The position numbers and the translations under genes are program-made. From Myxococcales bacterium (GTDB lineage Bacteria > Myxococcota_A > Polyangia > Polyangiales > DASUME01), in contig JASGJH010000001.1 in assembly GCA_047601445.1 (NCBI GenBank), positions 7,712,001-7,776,000 on the forward strand: DNA of 64,000 nt, read 5' to 3'. The notes beneath the pieces were generated by a model. The model was not told the DNA's origin. It did no database searches and worked only from the letters and a program-made list of their open reading frames with translations. Below are positions 18,169 through 28,005 of this stretch, in pieces (within the stretch, counting starts at the first letter, position 1; every line of letters starts with the position of its first letter).

Positions 18169-20058
18169 TTGGACAGCCTGCAGTTCGCCGAATCCAGCCC
18201 GGCTCCGCGCGCAGCCGCGCCCGCTCCCGAAACTAGCCCGAAGCTGGGATTCTCCTACCAGCCGGCGCTCGATGGTCTGCGCGCGCTTTGCGTGCTCGCC
18301 ATCATGCTCTACCACGCCGACCTGCCGTGGCTTCCGGGGGGCTTCCTGGGCGTCGAAGTGTTCTTCGTGATCAGCGGTTACCTGATCACCTCGCTCATGC
18401 GCGCCGAGTTCGCCCAGAGCGGCAGGATCGACCTGGTGGCGTTCTGGGGGCGGCGTGCGCGTCGCCTATTGCCCGCGCTGTGGGCGCTGCTCCTGGCCGT
18501 TTCGGTGGCGGCGGTGGCCTTCTTGCCCGGTGAGGTCTGGCGCCTGCGCGGCGAGGTCGCGGCCGGGCTCACCTACGTGTCCAACTGGTACTCCATCTTC
18601 CGGCACGAGAGTTACTTCGAGTCGGTGGGGCGCCCGTCGTTGCTTCGGCACCTGTGGTCGTTGGCCATCGAGGAGCAGTTCTATCTGGTGTGGCCGCCCC
18701 TGTTCGCGGTGCTCGCGCGCCGCTTCTCGGGGCGCACCAGCGGGCTTCTGTGCGCGGCCTTGGCGGCAGCATCGGGGCTATGGATGGCGTTGCGCGTGGT
18801 GCCTGGCGAGGATCCGTCGGCGCTCTACTACGACTCCTTCGCGCGCGCGGCCGCGATGCTGCTCGGCGGCGCCCTGGCTTGCCTGTGGGCCCCCCGGAGC
18901 GCGCCCTCAGTGACCCCTCGCAAGCCGCTGGTGGACCTCCTGGGGCTGGGCGGACTGGCTGGTCTATTGGCCGCGTCCATGGCGCTCGGTGAGGCCGATG
19001 CCGTGGTCTTCCGCGGCGGCCTCTTGCTGGTGGATCTATGCGCGCTGCTGGTGATCGTGGCGCTGGTGCACCCGCAGGGCGGGCTGCTCAAGCGTGCGCT
19101 GGCCGTGGCTCCGTTGCGCTTCGTGGGCACGCGCTCCTACGGGCTCTACCTGTGGCACTGGCCCCTGTTCGCGCTGACGCGTCCCGGGCTCGACCTGCCC
19201 CTGGAGGGTACGGCGTCCCTGGCGCTGCGTTTTACGGCGGCCTTCGTGCTCGCCGAGTTGTCGTTCCGTTTCGTCGAGGAGCCCGTGCGGAGTGGTCGTT
19301 TCATGAAGGCGTTGAGAGCGGTGTGGGAGTCCCGTGCGCGCGTCGGTTACGCGCGAGCCATCTTGGTGGGCGGCTTCGTGTGCGCCTTGAGCTGCGTGTT
19401 CGTGACGCACGGATTCGTGCGCGCGCGTCCGCCCCAGGAGCCCAACTGGGAGACCACGCTGCCGGCCCCGGGCAATCAGCCCACGCTCACCGGTAGCGCG
19501 CCGCTGGCGACTTCTTCGGCTGCCATCGCTCGCGCGGAGCAACAGCCCGGGGCGGAGCGCGTGGTGAGCGACGGCGTGGCCGAGAGGCCCCACGTGCTGA
19601 TTTTCGGCGACTCGGTGGTACTCGGTGCCCGGAACTACCTGCGCCAGGGGCACGAGAGCGAAGTGGAGTTCGACTCGGAGATCGGCCGCACCAGCAGCAC
19701 CGGCTTGCCACGCCTGCGCAAGCTCGCGCGCCAGAAGAAGCTGCCGCGTGTGGTGATCATTCACCTGGGCAACAACGGCTGGGTTTACGAGGAACAAGTC
19801 CACGAGATGATGACGCTGCTCGAGGGCGTGGAGCGGGTGGTGTTCGTGAATGCCCACGTCAACAAGCGCTGGCAAGATCGCAACAACGCCACGCTGGCCG
19901 CGGCGCTCGCGCAGCACCCGCGCGCCGTCCTGGTGGACTGGCTCAAGGCCAGCGAGAAACACCGCGAGTGGTTCGGCGCGGACGGCCTCCACCTCACGCC
20001 CATCGGGGCCGCCGCGTTCGCCGCGCTCCTCAGTCCTTATTACGCGATCGCGCCGTAG
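18169..20058 (+). CDS. OatA-like O-acyltransferase (acyltransferase-3 fused to SGNH domain)
   Basis: PALDGLRA, GGFLGVEVFFVISGYLIT, HLWSLAIEEQFY, SYGLYLWHWP; C-terminal GDSV / HLGNN / DGLH; start uncertain (18142/18169). Confidence 0.88.
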   Translation: MDSLQFAESSPAPRAAAPAPETSPKLGFSYQPALDGLRALCVLAIMLYHADLPWLPGGFLGVEVFFVISGYLITSLMRAEFAQSGRIDLVAFWGRRARRLLPALWALLLAVSVAAVAFLPGEVWRLRGEVAAGLTYVSNWYSIFRHESYFESVGRPSLLRHLWSLAIEEQFYLVWPPLFAVLARRFSGRTSGLLCAALAAASGLWMALRVVPGEDPSALYYDSFARAAAMLLGGALACLWAPRSAPSVTPRKPLVDLLGLGGLAGLLAASMALGEADAVVFRGGLLLVDLCALLVIVALVHPQGGLLKRALAVAPLRFVGTRSYGLYLWHWPLFALTRPGLDLPLEGTASLALRFTAAFVLAELSFRFVEEPVRSGRFMKALRAVWESRARVGYARAILVGGFVCALSCVFVTHGFVRARPPQEPNWETTLPAPGNQPTLTGSAPLATSSAAIARAEQQPGAERVVSDGVAERPHVLIFGDSVVLGARNYLRQGHESEVEFDSEIGRTSSTGLPRLRKLARQKKLPRVVIIHLGNNGWVYEEQVHEMMTLLEGVERVVFVNAHVNKRWQDRNNATLAAALAQHPRAVLVDWLKASEKHREWFGADGLHLTPIGAAAFAALLSPYYAIAP

Positions 20059-21529
20059 CGGGCTTGGGCTGCTTGCCGCGCGGAGCGACCAGAGCCTCCG
20101 GCGCCGGCTCATCGACCACTGCCACCGGATTCGCCTCGCTGGTGTTCACACCCAACAACCGGTCGGCGATGCGATCGCCCAGCAAGGCGTAGCCTCGTCG
20201 CGTGAAGTGGATCAGGTCCTTGGCTCCGAGCGGCGGGTCGGCCTTGACCCAGCTCAACATGGACAGCGGGCCGCCCATGCTCTCGATTACGTCGAAGTAC
20301 GCGCAGCCGAATTCCGCGGCCGTCTTGCGCTGTAGCTCGTTGATCTGCGCCGTGCGTTCGCGTGGCTGGTAGACGCCCTTCTTGATGCGCTCGGGGAAGT
20401 CCGTGGGGCCCACCAACAGGCAGCTCGCGCCCGGGGCGCTCTGGCGTAGGCGACTGACGACCTCGTGCAGCTGCGCCGCATAGTCCTGGATGGGCTGCGT
20501 GACGTCGGTGGACTCGTTGGTGCCGTAGCTGAGCACCCACAGGTCCGGCGTGCGCCGTCCCAAGTGCTCGAGGAAGAGCGGCTGGTCCCAGTACAGCTGG
20601 GCACGCGCGCGCGCACCCGGGATACCCAGGGTGTCGAGCACCACACCGGGGCCTTCGAGCTCGGCCACCAAGCCGAACCAGGTCAGCGGAACGTCGAGGC
20701 CGCTCGCGATGGTCACGTCGTGGGGCTGATCGTTGGGCGCGTCGAAGGCGACGTACTGGCCCTGGGTCGAAGCGTCCGGGAGCGCCGGAGCGGGCGGCAA
20801 CTTGGAGGGCGCCTGGCCATCGACTGCGAAGTGGGGCAGCGGACCGGGCAGCAGGAAGAACTCGTAGTGCGTGGCGCGGCCCGAGGGATTCACCGCATTC
20901 GTGAGGCGCAGGCGCACGAGCGGGGCCTCTGGCACCGGCTCGGCCGGCTCCACCTTCTTGGGCGCGGGGCGCTTGCCCTTGCTCGGCGGGATGGGCTCTG
21001 GCTCGGCGATGGGCTGCGGCGCGAACGCGACTCCGGCCAGCCCGAGGGGAAGTGCATCGCTCTCGGGACGCTTGCGGATGTAGGTGCCTTTGAGTCCCTT
21101 GGCCTCGAGCAGCTCTGCGCGGCTATGGCGATAGGAGCGCCAGGGGCGTCCGGTCATCACGAAGCCGGGCCCACCATCGCCGTATTCGGCCTGGAGCCGC
21201 TCGCGCACGCGTCCGCTCATGAAATCGGCAGCCGTGTGGGAGTCACCGAAGAACGTGATGTGAGTCTTGGTCCGCGCGTTCTTGGTGCGCTCCAACGCGC
21301 TGTGAAAGAACTCGAGCGGGGCGGCTTCACGGGCGGGCGGAGCGCTGTTGGCGCTGACGGGCGTCGCAGCGGAGGAAGCCGCAGGCGCGCGTGGCGGTGC
21401 CGCGGGCAGCGCGGTGTTTACGCGCGGGGAAGCCGGCGGCGGTGAGGCCGTGGTGCGGGCCGAACACGTGGAGAGCAGCAGCACGTGCAAGGCGCAGACA
21501 ACGGTGTAACCGCCCTGTCGAGAGACCAT
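20030..21529 (-). CDS. GDSL/SGNH hydrolase lipoprotein (Ape1/PatB-like)
   Basis: Lipobox-like LLSTC, FFGDSHTAAD, YGDGGPG, GIPGAR, LSYGTNE, DLIHFTRRGY. Confidence 0.82.
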   Translation of the reverse strand: MVSRQGGYTVVCALHVLLLSTCSARTTASPPPASPRVNTALPAAPPRAPAASSAATPVSANSAPPAREAAPLEFFHSALERTKNARTKTHITFFGDSHTAADFMSGRVRERLQAEYGDGGPGFVMTGRPWRSYRHSRAELLEAKGLKGTYIRKRPESDALPLGLAGVAFAPQPIAEPEPIPPSKGKRPAPKKVEPAEPVPEAPLVRLRLTNAVNPSGRATHYEFFLLPGPLPHFAVDGQAPSKLPPAPALPDASTQGQYVAFDAPNDQPHDVTIASGLDVPLTWFGLVAELEGPGVVLDTLGIPGARARAQLYWDQPLFLEHLGRRTPDLWVLSYGTNESTDVTQPIQDYAAQLHEVVSRLRQSAPGASCLLVGPTDFPERIKKGVYQPRERTAQINELQRKTAAEFGCAYFDVIESMGGPLSMLSWVKADPPLGAKDLIHFTRRGYALLGDRIADRLLGVNTSEANPVAVVDEPAPEALVAPRGKQPKPATARSRNKD

Positions 21530-21582
21530 GGGCCCCCATGGTCGCAAGAACGGGGCCCCGAGGCAAATCGGGCGGAAAACGG

Positions 21583-22170
21583 CTAGTTCCGCACGGCGCA
21601 GTGATGATCGTCGGCACAGTCCACGGCAGGGGGCTCGCCCTGCGGGCACGCCTGCAGACACGGCGGTACCGGATCGCATTCGGGGGCTGTGCTGTCTTCA
21701 ACCCCCTTGTGGAAGGCGAACCAACCGCTCGGGTCGTCGGCGCAGCCGGCGCAGCAGCCCGTGGGGCGCGCCTCGCAATCGTTGGCGCTGCTGCAACGTG
21801 TGGACTCCTCTTGGCGTAGGTCCACGACGGCACAGGCGCCGCTGACGCAGGCGGCACGCAGCTGCGGTCGAATGCTGTCCGGCACTGGTTCGGGGCACGC
21901 ACCGCACAGAACGTCGCAGGTCAGTGGCCGTTGAGTCGTGGGGACCGCGCGCACCTGGCTCCGATCGGGTTCACAGGCACCGCAGCACCCCACGGGAATC
22001 AACCAGCAGTCCTGGTTCTGCTCGCACTCCTGCGCGGACGCATCCGAGTGCGCTCCGCCGTCCCCTGGTGAGCCAGCATCCCGATTGCCTTGCGAGCCGT
22101 TGTCACAGCCCCACACCAAAGCCGCTCCAAGGAACCACCAGGCTCTGCCAGTCTGTGCCGCGTGCCGCAT
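21583..22170 (-). CDS. Cys-rich lipoprotein with two 10-Cys modules
   Basis: GAGGT RBS, lipobox VWGC, repeated C-x5-C-x6-CC-x2-C start pattern. Confidence 0.7.
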   Translation of the reverse strand: MRHAAQTGRAWWFLGAALVWGCDNGSQGNRDAGSPGDGGAHSDASAQECEQNQDCWLIPVGCCGACEPDRSQVRAVPTTQRPLTCDVLCGACPEPVPDSIRPQLRAACVSGACAVVDLRQEESTRCSSANDCEARPTGCCAGCADDPSGWFAFHKGVEDSTAPECDPVPPCLQACPQGEPPAVDCADDHHCAVRN

Positions 22171-22257
22171 ACCTCGCCAGGTAAGCACGGGACGAGCCAA
22201 TGCCCAACGGGGAGCGACGCTCTGGCCTTTTGTGTCCCTTGGCGGTAGAGCCAGAAG

Positions 22258-22917
22258 ATGTCCATCACCGCCGTGATCCTGCTCAAGGTCGACTCCTGTT
22301 CACCCGCACCGCAGAGCGGCATGCGCGCGGATCTGCTGGAGGACGCAGCCCTTCTGCACACCGGGCTGCCCTTCGCGAGCGAGCCCGATGAGCTCTTGGA
22401 GCGCGTGCGCGCCGCCGTGGGTGACGACCTCCTGGCCGAGCACGAGGACCCGCGCGGCCTGTTCGTGATGCCCGACGTGGCGGCGCCCCGGGCGCGCAGC
22501 TATCTCGACGTGATCGACGAAGTGGGCGAGGGCGGTTCCTGGCTTCCACTCGAGCAGGCGAGTTCCTATGGTCTTCCCGATGGTCTGGGGGCGCTCGGCG
22601 CGGTGCTCGGGAGCATGCTGCAGAACATGCCCGAATCCGTGCTCGAGGCGGCCAGTGCTGCGGCCCGGGGCGACCTGGCGGCCTTCAGCCAGGTGTCGGA
22701 TCAGGTCGCGTCACTGATGGGTCACGGCAGCGAAGGCGTGAGCCTGGCCAGTTTGGCGCGCCTCATGGGCGACGGGCGCGCGCTCGACCCCTCCTCGCCA
22801 GCGTTTCAGCAGATCCTGCACACGCTCGAGGGCGAGCTCGAAAGGAACCCCGAACAGGTGGCGCGCATCGCCGAGCAGTTCTTCGGTGCGCCCCACAGGG
22901 ACGACGACGAGCGCTGA
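22258..22917 (+). CDS. Hypothetical protein
   Basis: 219 aa ORF with genome-typical codon bias; no recognised family. Confidence 0.6.
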   Translation: MSITAVILLKVDSCSPAPQSGMRADLLEDAALLHTGLPFASEPDELLERVRAAVGDDLLAEHEDPRGLFVMPDVAAPRARSYLDVIDEVGEGGSWLPLEQASSYGLPDGLGALGAVLGSMLQNMPESVLEAASAAARGDLAAFSQVSDQVASLMGHGSEGVSLASLARLMGDGRALDPSSPAFQQILHTLEGELERNPEQVARIAEQFFGAPHRDDDER

Positions 22918-22941
22918 GGCGACCGAGCCAAACGTTCGCAG

Positions 22942-23643
22942 CTAGAATCGCAGCGCCAGTTGGGGCCCGAGCTTTTGCGGGCTCACCGCCACGTCGAAGC
23001 TCAGCGAGCGTCCCCGCGGCAGCTCGATGGACGCGTAGCCGAACTCCTCACGCCGCCGCTTGCTGGTGGTGTATTTGACGATGCCTGCCACCATCATCAC
23101 GGCACCTCCGAGCTCGATGGCCCCGTAGAGTGCCAACCATCCCGGAGCATGCTGGGCCGGGCCGATCGCCAGAAAAGGGCCGAACACGGGGATGAACATG
23201 AATGCCCCCACCTGCTGGCAATTGCGGCAGGTCTCCTTCTCGATGTCGAGCAGGATGGCTCCAGTGAGCGCGGCGATCAGGTAGGAAGTCCCGAGCGTCA
23301 CGATGCCGCCGATCATCAAGCCGCGGCTGATGCGTGGCGGTCGCGCAGGAAGCTGCCCGGGCGTCGTGAGGACGGTGCCTGGAGGCGGGCGGTTGTAGTC
23401 CGGTTGCGTCGCGTAGCCCGGTGCGGTCGCATACGGAGCGGGTGCGTACGGAGCGGGCGCGGCCTGGGTCGGTGCTCCGTACATTTGCGGGGTTGAACTA
23501 GGTGAGATCGGCGGCGCGGCGGTGGGAGCAGGTGCTGCCCCGGGCGGCGCGGCTTGTTGTGCGCGCGCGGATGCGCCGAACGAGAGCAGGACGCAGCAGA
23601 GCACGAAGGCTCCGCGCGAGCGAAGACAGGACCCCCAAAACAT
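22942..23643 (-). CDS. Hypothetical membrane protein with signal peptide and Pro/Tyr-rich linker
   Basis: ARA|Q signal, PAPY repeats, TM segments, FIPVFGPF motif common in myxobacterial hypotheticals. Confidence 0.7.
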   Translation of the reverse strand: MFWGSCLRSRGAFVLCCVLLSFGASARAQQAAPPGAAPAPTAAPPISPSSTPQMYGAPTQAAPAPYAPAPYATAPGYATQPDYNRPPPGTVLTTPGQLPARPPRISRGLMIGGIVTLGTSYLIAALTGAILLDIEKETCRNCQQVGAFMFIPVFGPFLAIGPAQHAPGWLALYGAIELGGAVMMVAGIVKYTTSKRRREEFGYASIELPRGRSLSFDVAVSPQKLGPQLALRF

Positions 23644-23696
23644 GTCCCGATCTAATCATGACAAGCGCGAGCCTGACAACCCGCAGATGACCACGC

Positions 23697-25538
23697 CTAG
23701 CGATAGCCCTCGGCCTGCAAGTTGAATAACCGCGCATAGCGGCCGTTCTTCGCCATGAGCTCCTCGTGGCTCCCCTGCTCCACGATGGTTCCATCGGCTA
23801 GCACCACGATTTGGTCGGCCATGCGCACAGTGGAGAAACGGTGCGAGATCACGATGCCCATGCGCTGCGCGGAGAGCGCTCGAAAGCGCTGGAACACCTC
23901 CGCCTCGGCTTCTGCGTCCATGGCCGAGGTCGGCTCGTCGAGGACCAGGATGTCTGCGTCTTCGCGCATGAAGGCGCGTGAGAGCGCGATCTTCTGCCAC
24001 TGTCCTACCGACAGCTCCTGCCCACCACCGAACCAGCGACCCAACTGAGTTTCATATCCCTTGGGCAGCTTCTGGATGAAGGGTTCCGCCATGCCCTTCA
24101 CGGCGGCGCGCTGCCAGGCGGCCTCGTCCTCGAAGGCCTCCACGTCGCCCGCGCCGATGTTCTCTCCCACCACCAGCTGATAGCGGATGAAGTCCTGGAA
24201 GATCACGCCGACCCGGGCGCGCAACGCGTCGGGGCTCCACTCCGAGAGGTCGAGGCCGTCGAGCGTGATGCGCCCGGACGTCGGCGAGTAGAGTCGCGTC
24301 AAGAGTTTGATCAGCGTGGTCTTGCCGGCGCCGTTCTCCCCCACCAACGCGAGCTTCTCTCCCGGGCGAATGTGCAGGGTCACGTTGCTCAGCGCGGGCC
24401 GCGGATTGCCGCGATAGGCGAACGACACGTCCTCGAAGCGCAGGCCTTCCGCGGGGCGCGGACCTTGGCTCTGGCTGCCGCTCAGGGGAGGTGAGGGATG
24501 GTCCAGGTACTCGTAGAGGTTCGAGAGATAGAGGTTGTCTTCATACATGCCGCCCACGGCGCTCAAGAGTGCCGAGAGCGAAGCCTGACCTTGCTTGAAC
24601 ACCAGCAAGTACATGGTCATGTCGCCGAGCGTGATGGAGCCCTTCACCGTGTGCATCACGATGTAGCCGTAGGCGCCGTAGAAGCCGAGCGTGCTGATCA
24701 ATCCCAGCGCGAAGCCCCACGAGCTGCGGCGCAAGGTGAGCGCCCGGTCTTCGGCGAACAACTTCTGGAAGATCTCGCGGTAGCGCCCCAAAAAGAGCGG
24801 CCCCAGGCGAAACAGCGTCACTTCCTTGGCATTGTCTTCGCGCGCCAGCAGCGACTCCAGGTAGTTCTGCATGCGCGTCTCGGGTGCACGCCAGCGGAAG
24901 AGCCGGAAGGCATCGTCCGAGAAGCGTTTCTCGGCCAGGAACGCCGGCAACGCGGCGAAGGCCAGCGCCAGCACCGCCCAGATCGACAGCTTGAACAGCA
25001 GGCCGCCGTACACCAGCAGCGTCAAACTATTCTGCAGGAGCCCGAAGACTCGCTGCACCAAGCTCAGGGGACGCCACGAGGCCTCGCGGCGCGCTCGTGT
25101 CATGCGGTCGTAGAACTCGGAGTCCTCGAAGTCGGCGAGGCCCAAGGTCAGCGCCTTCTCCAGGATCATCTCGTTCACGCGCTGACCCAGTAGCGCCCGC
25201 AGCAAGGACTCGCACAGGCTCAGCCCACGCTGCACGCCCGCCATCAGCGTCACCAGCACGAGCTCCGCGCCCAGATAACGCAGCGCCAGGTTGGAGCGCG
25301 CCCCGAAGCTACCCGGCTCCGCATGCACGACCGCGTCCACGATGAGCTTGCCCACGTAGGCGATGGCGCCCGGCAGCACGCCGGCCACCACGCTCAGCAC
25401 CACCAGCCAGATTGTGATGGCGCGGCTGGTGGCCCAGACCAGCTCGAAGGCCTTGCCCGTGTACTGCAGCACGCCCAGGAAGTTCGAGAAGCTCAGCTTC
25501 TTGCTCGGATCCTCGGCGGGTGCGTGCGGGATGCGCAT
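23697..25538 (-). CDS. ABC exporter, fused permease/ATPase
   Basis: GENGAGKTT, LSVGQWQKIALSR, LVLDEPT, ISHR; N-terminal TM domain. Confidence 0.93.
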   Translation of the reverse strand: MRIPHAPAEDPSKKLSFSNFLGVLQYTGKAFELVWATSRAITIWLVVLSVVAGVLPGAIAYVGKLIVDAVVHAEPGSFGARSNLALRYLGAELVLVTLMAGVQRGLSLCESLLRALLGQRVNEMILEKALTLGLADFEDSEFYDRMTRARREASWRPLSLVQRVFGLLQNSLTLLVYGGLLFKLSIWAVLALAFAALPAFLAEKRFSDDAFRLFRWRAPETRMQNYLESLLAREDNAKEVTLFRLGPLFLGRYREIFQKLFAEDRALTLRRSSWGFALGLISTLGFYGAYGYIVMHTVKGSITLGDMTMYLLVFKQGQASLSALLSAVGGMYEDNLYLSNLYEYLDHPSPPLSGSQSQGPRPAEGLRFEDVSFAYRGNPRPALSNVTLHIRPGEKLALVGENGAGKTTLIKLLTRLYSPTSGRITLDGLDLSEWSPDALRARVGVIFQDFIRYQLVVGENIGAGDVEAFEDEAAWQRAAVKGMAEPFIQKLPKGYETQLGRWFGGGQELSVGQWQKIALSRAFMREDADILVLDEPTSAMDAEAEAEVFQRFRALSAQRMGIVISHRFSTVRMADQIVVLADGTIVEQGSHEELMAKNGRYARLFNLQAEGYR

Positions 25539-26821
25539 CAGCGCAACTCGTCGCGGTGGGTTTCACGCCCGAGATAGACCGCGGTCCCCGAGACCACGGC
25601 CAGGATCATCAAGTAGTAGGCGGGGCTGAGCTGAGAGCCCGTTTGTCGGGTGAGCACGGAGGCCACCATGGGGGCGGTGCCACCGAACACCGCCAAGCTG
25701 CCGTTGTAGCCGATGGAGAGGGCGCTGAAGCGCGTGCGCGGTGGGAACATCTCCGCCATCGTGGACGGAACGGGGCCGATCACCATGGCGGTGATCAACG
25801 TGAGCGCGATTTGGGCCAGCGTGACCTGCACGAAGTCCAGGCTGAACAACATGCGATAGAGCGGGACCACCAGAAGGAGTGTCGCTGCGACCCCCGTGAG
25901 CATCACGGGGCGGCGCCCGAAAATATCCGACGCATAGCCCGCCGCGGGCAGCGCGAAGATCAACACCAGGAGCGCACAAGAGGTCGCGAGCTGGGCCCGG
26001 TGGGCCAGCATGCCGGCTTCAACCAGCGCCGCCTGCACGAACAGGTACAGCACGTAGAAGAACGCCGAGCCCAGCGCGTACAGCAGAAAGAGCCGCAGGA
26101 TGCCGCGGCCTTCGTGGGTGATGGCTTCGCGCACAGGCTGTTTGGCGATGGCGCCCTCCCGACGCAGCCGCTCGAACGTGGCCGTCTCGGCCAGACTTCG
26201 GCGCACCCACAGGGCGACGCCGGCTACGAATACGCCCAACAGAAACGGCACTCGCCACGCCCACGTTTGGGTCTCGCGATCCTCGCTGATGCGCGACGTG
26301 ACGAATGCGGCCAGCGATGCCAACAGGATGCCGATGATGGCGCCGCAGGTGGTAAGCGCGCCGTGCAGGCCACGCCGGTGGGCGGGGGCGTGTTCGATCA
26401 CGAACGAGAACGACGCGGTGTACTCGCCGCCGACCGAGAGCCCCTGGGCCAGCCGCAGGAGCAAGAGGCCGATGGGGGCTGCGATGCCGATGTTCTCGTA
26501 GGTGGGCAAGAAGCCGAACAGCAGGCTCGGGATGGCCATCAGAATGACCGAGAGCTCGAGCGCGCGCTTGCGCCCGAAGCGGTCGCCCACGTGGCCGAAC
26601 AGCAGCGCGCCTACCGGGCGCATCACGAAGCTCACCGCGAGCACACCGTAGGCCGCGATCAGCGCCGCCAGGGGATCCGAGCTGGGGAAGAACAGGTCCT
26701 TGAGGGTCGGGACGAAGTACCCGTAGACCATGAAGTCGTACCACTCGAGTACGTTGCCCAACAGACCTGCCAGGACGGGGCGAGAAAAGAAGCCGGGTGC
26801 GGAGTGCTGGGGTGGGTTCAC
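25538..26821 (-). CDS. MFS metabolite:H+ symporter (ProP-like)
   Basis: GNVLEWYDF, GDRFGRK, RLAQGLSVGGEY, WAWRVPFL; start estimated at GTG 26821. Confidence 0.9.
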   Translation of the reverse strand: MNPPQHSAPGFFSRPVLAGLLGNVLEWYDFMVYGYFVPTLKDLFFPSSDPLAALIAAYGVLAVSFVMRPVGALLFGHVGDRFGRKRALELSVILMAIPSLLFGFLPTYENIGIAAPIGLLLLRLAQGLSVGGEYTASFSFVIEHAPAHRRGLHGALTTCGAIIGILLASLAAFVTSRISEDRETQTWAWRVPFLLGVFVAGVALWVRRSLAETATFERLRREGAIAKQPVREAITHEGRGILRLFLLYALGSAFFYVLYLFVQAALVEAGMLAHRAQLATSCALLVLIFALPAAGYASDIFGRRPVMLTGVAATLLLVVPLYRMLFSLDFVQVTLAQIALTLITAMVIGPVPSTMAEMFPPRTRFSALSIGYNGSLAVFGGTAPMVASVLTRQTGSQLSPAYYLMILAVVSGTAVYLGRETHRDELR

Positions 26822-26982
26822 GACGTGGGTGCGCGTCGGGTCGTCGCTCGCGCGGGCAGAACATAGCCTGAAAAGGGCGTGTGAGGATCTTTGCAGAAAT
26901 AGCGGTTTTGCTTGCCCATGGCGCCGCGCTGGCGTCCGATGGACCGCTCGCGCGCGGCGCGCCGAGAGTAGGGTCCACAACC

Positions 26983-27774
26983 ATGTCTATCGTTCTGCAT
27001 ACCCAACCGCGTCAACCTGCGATTCGGTTCGCACTCACCTTGAGCTGTCTGCTTGCCGTCGCGGCCTGCGGGGACGACGAGCCGGGCAGCGGCCTGGATG
27101 CGTCGACCGGCGACCACGGGGATGGCGATGGCGATGGTGACGGGGATGGCGACGGAGACGGGGATGGGGATGGGGATGGGGATGGCGACGGGGATGGCGA
27201 TGCCGTCCGCGACAGCGGCACCAAGCCCACAGGAGACGGCGACGCCGGCACGATGATGACGCCCGCGACGGATCCCGAAACGGGTCGGCTCAAGGGGATC
27301 ACGCGCTTCCACAACGACGCTCGCGCGCGCGTCGCCGCGACGCCCAAGCTCAACCCGCTCACGTGGGCCCCCGAGATCGCCAAGGTGGCGCAGGCCTACG
27401 CTGACAAGTTGGCCAAGGATTGCAAGCTCCCGCTGACTCACTCGCAGCCACAGGATCGCAACAACTGGGGCGAGAACCTGGCCTGGTTCGGCGCGCTCCC
27501 TTCGGGCTCGCCGTCGAGCGGCTCCGCAGAGAAGACGGTGGGCATGTGGGAGGGCGAGAAGTCCTGCTACACGCTGGGTGTGATCGGGGACGCCAGCACT
27601 TGCTCCGCGGCCTGCGCCAAGTCGAGCTGCGGCCATTTCACCCAGGTGGCGTGGCGCAAGACCACCCGCGTGGGGTGCGGCGTCGCCGACTGCGCCAGTG
27701 GCGCGGGGCGCGGTAGCTACTGGGTGTGCAACTACGACCCGGCCGGCAATTTCGTGGGGGAGAAGCCCTACTGA
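26983..27774 (+). CDS. CAP (SCP/PR-1) domain lipoprotein with Gly-Asp linker
   Basis: Lipobox VAAC, HNDARA, GENL, CGHFTQVAW, VGCG, VCNYDPAGN. Confidence 0.9.
   Translation: MSIVLHTQPRQPAIRFALTLSCLLAVAACGDDEPGSGLDASTGDHGDGDGDGDGDGDGDGDGDGDGDGDGDGDAVRDSGTKPTGDGDAGTMMTPATDPETGRLKGITRFHNDARARVAATPKLNPLTWAPEIAKVAQAYADKLAKDCKLPLTHSQPQDRNNWGENLAWFGALPSGSPSSGSAEKTVGMWEGEKSCYTLGVIGDASTCSAACAKSSCGHFTQVAWRKTTRVGCGVADCASGAGRGSYWVCNYDPAGNFVGEKPY
27118..27201 (+). repeat. (GGNGAY)14 coding hexamer repeat = (Gly-Asp)14
   Basis: 14 GD units counted directly, with variable third codon positions. Confidence 0.95.
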
Positions 27775-28005
27775 GCGCGTTGGGGGCCAAGCCCGCCGGA
27801 TGTGCGATGTGGCCCGATGTGCGCCCTGAGTCTGTGGGCTAGCCCGCCCGCAACCGCCCCCTGCGCTGCGCACCCCTCGCCCGGCTTCTGGGCGCGCACA
27901 AAGTTGGGTAAATTGGGGTGCTTGCTCGAGAGCCCCGGAAAAAGCGTCGGCCTTGGTCACGGCTTTCCCGGTGGCTGCTAGGAGTAATCAAAGGAGCTTG
28001 AGAGC

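Noticed and set aside
27118..27201. Hexamer tract as a phase-variation switch
   Set aside because: In-frame 6-bp unit with synonymous heterogeneity; length change would not shift the frame
27955..27986. ECF promoter GGTCAC...GAGTAA upstream of the peptide
   Set aside because: Spacing does not fit an ECF consensus I can support; needs comparative motif discovery
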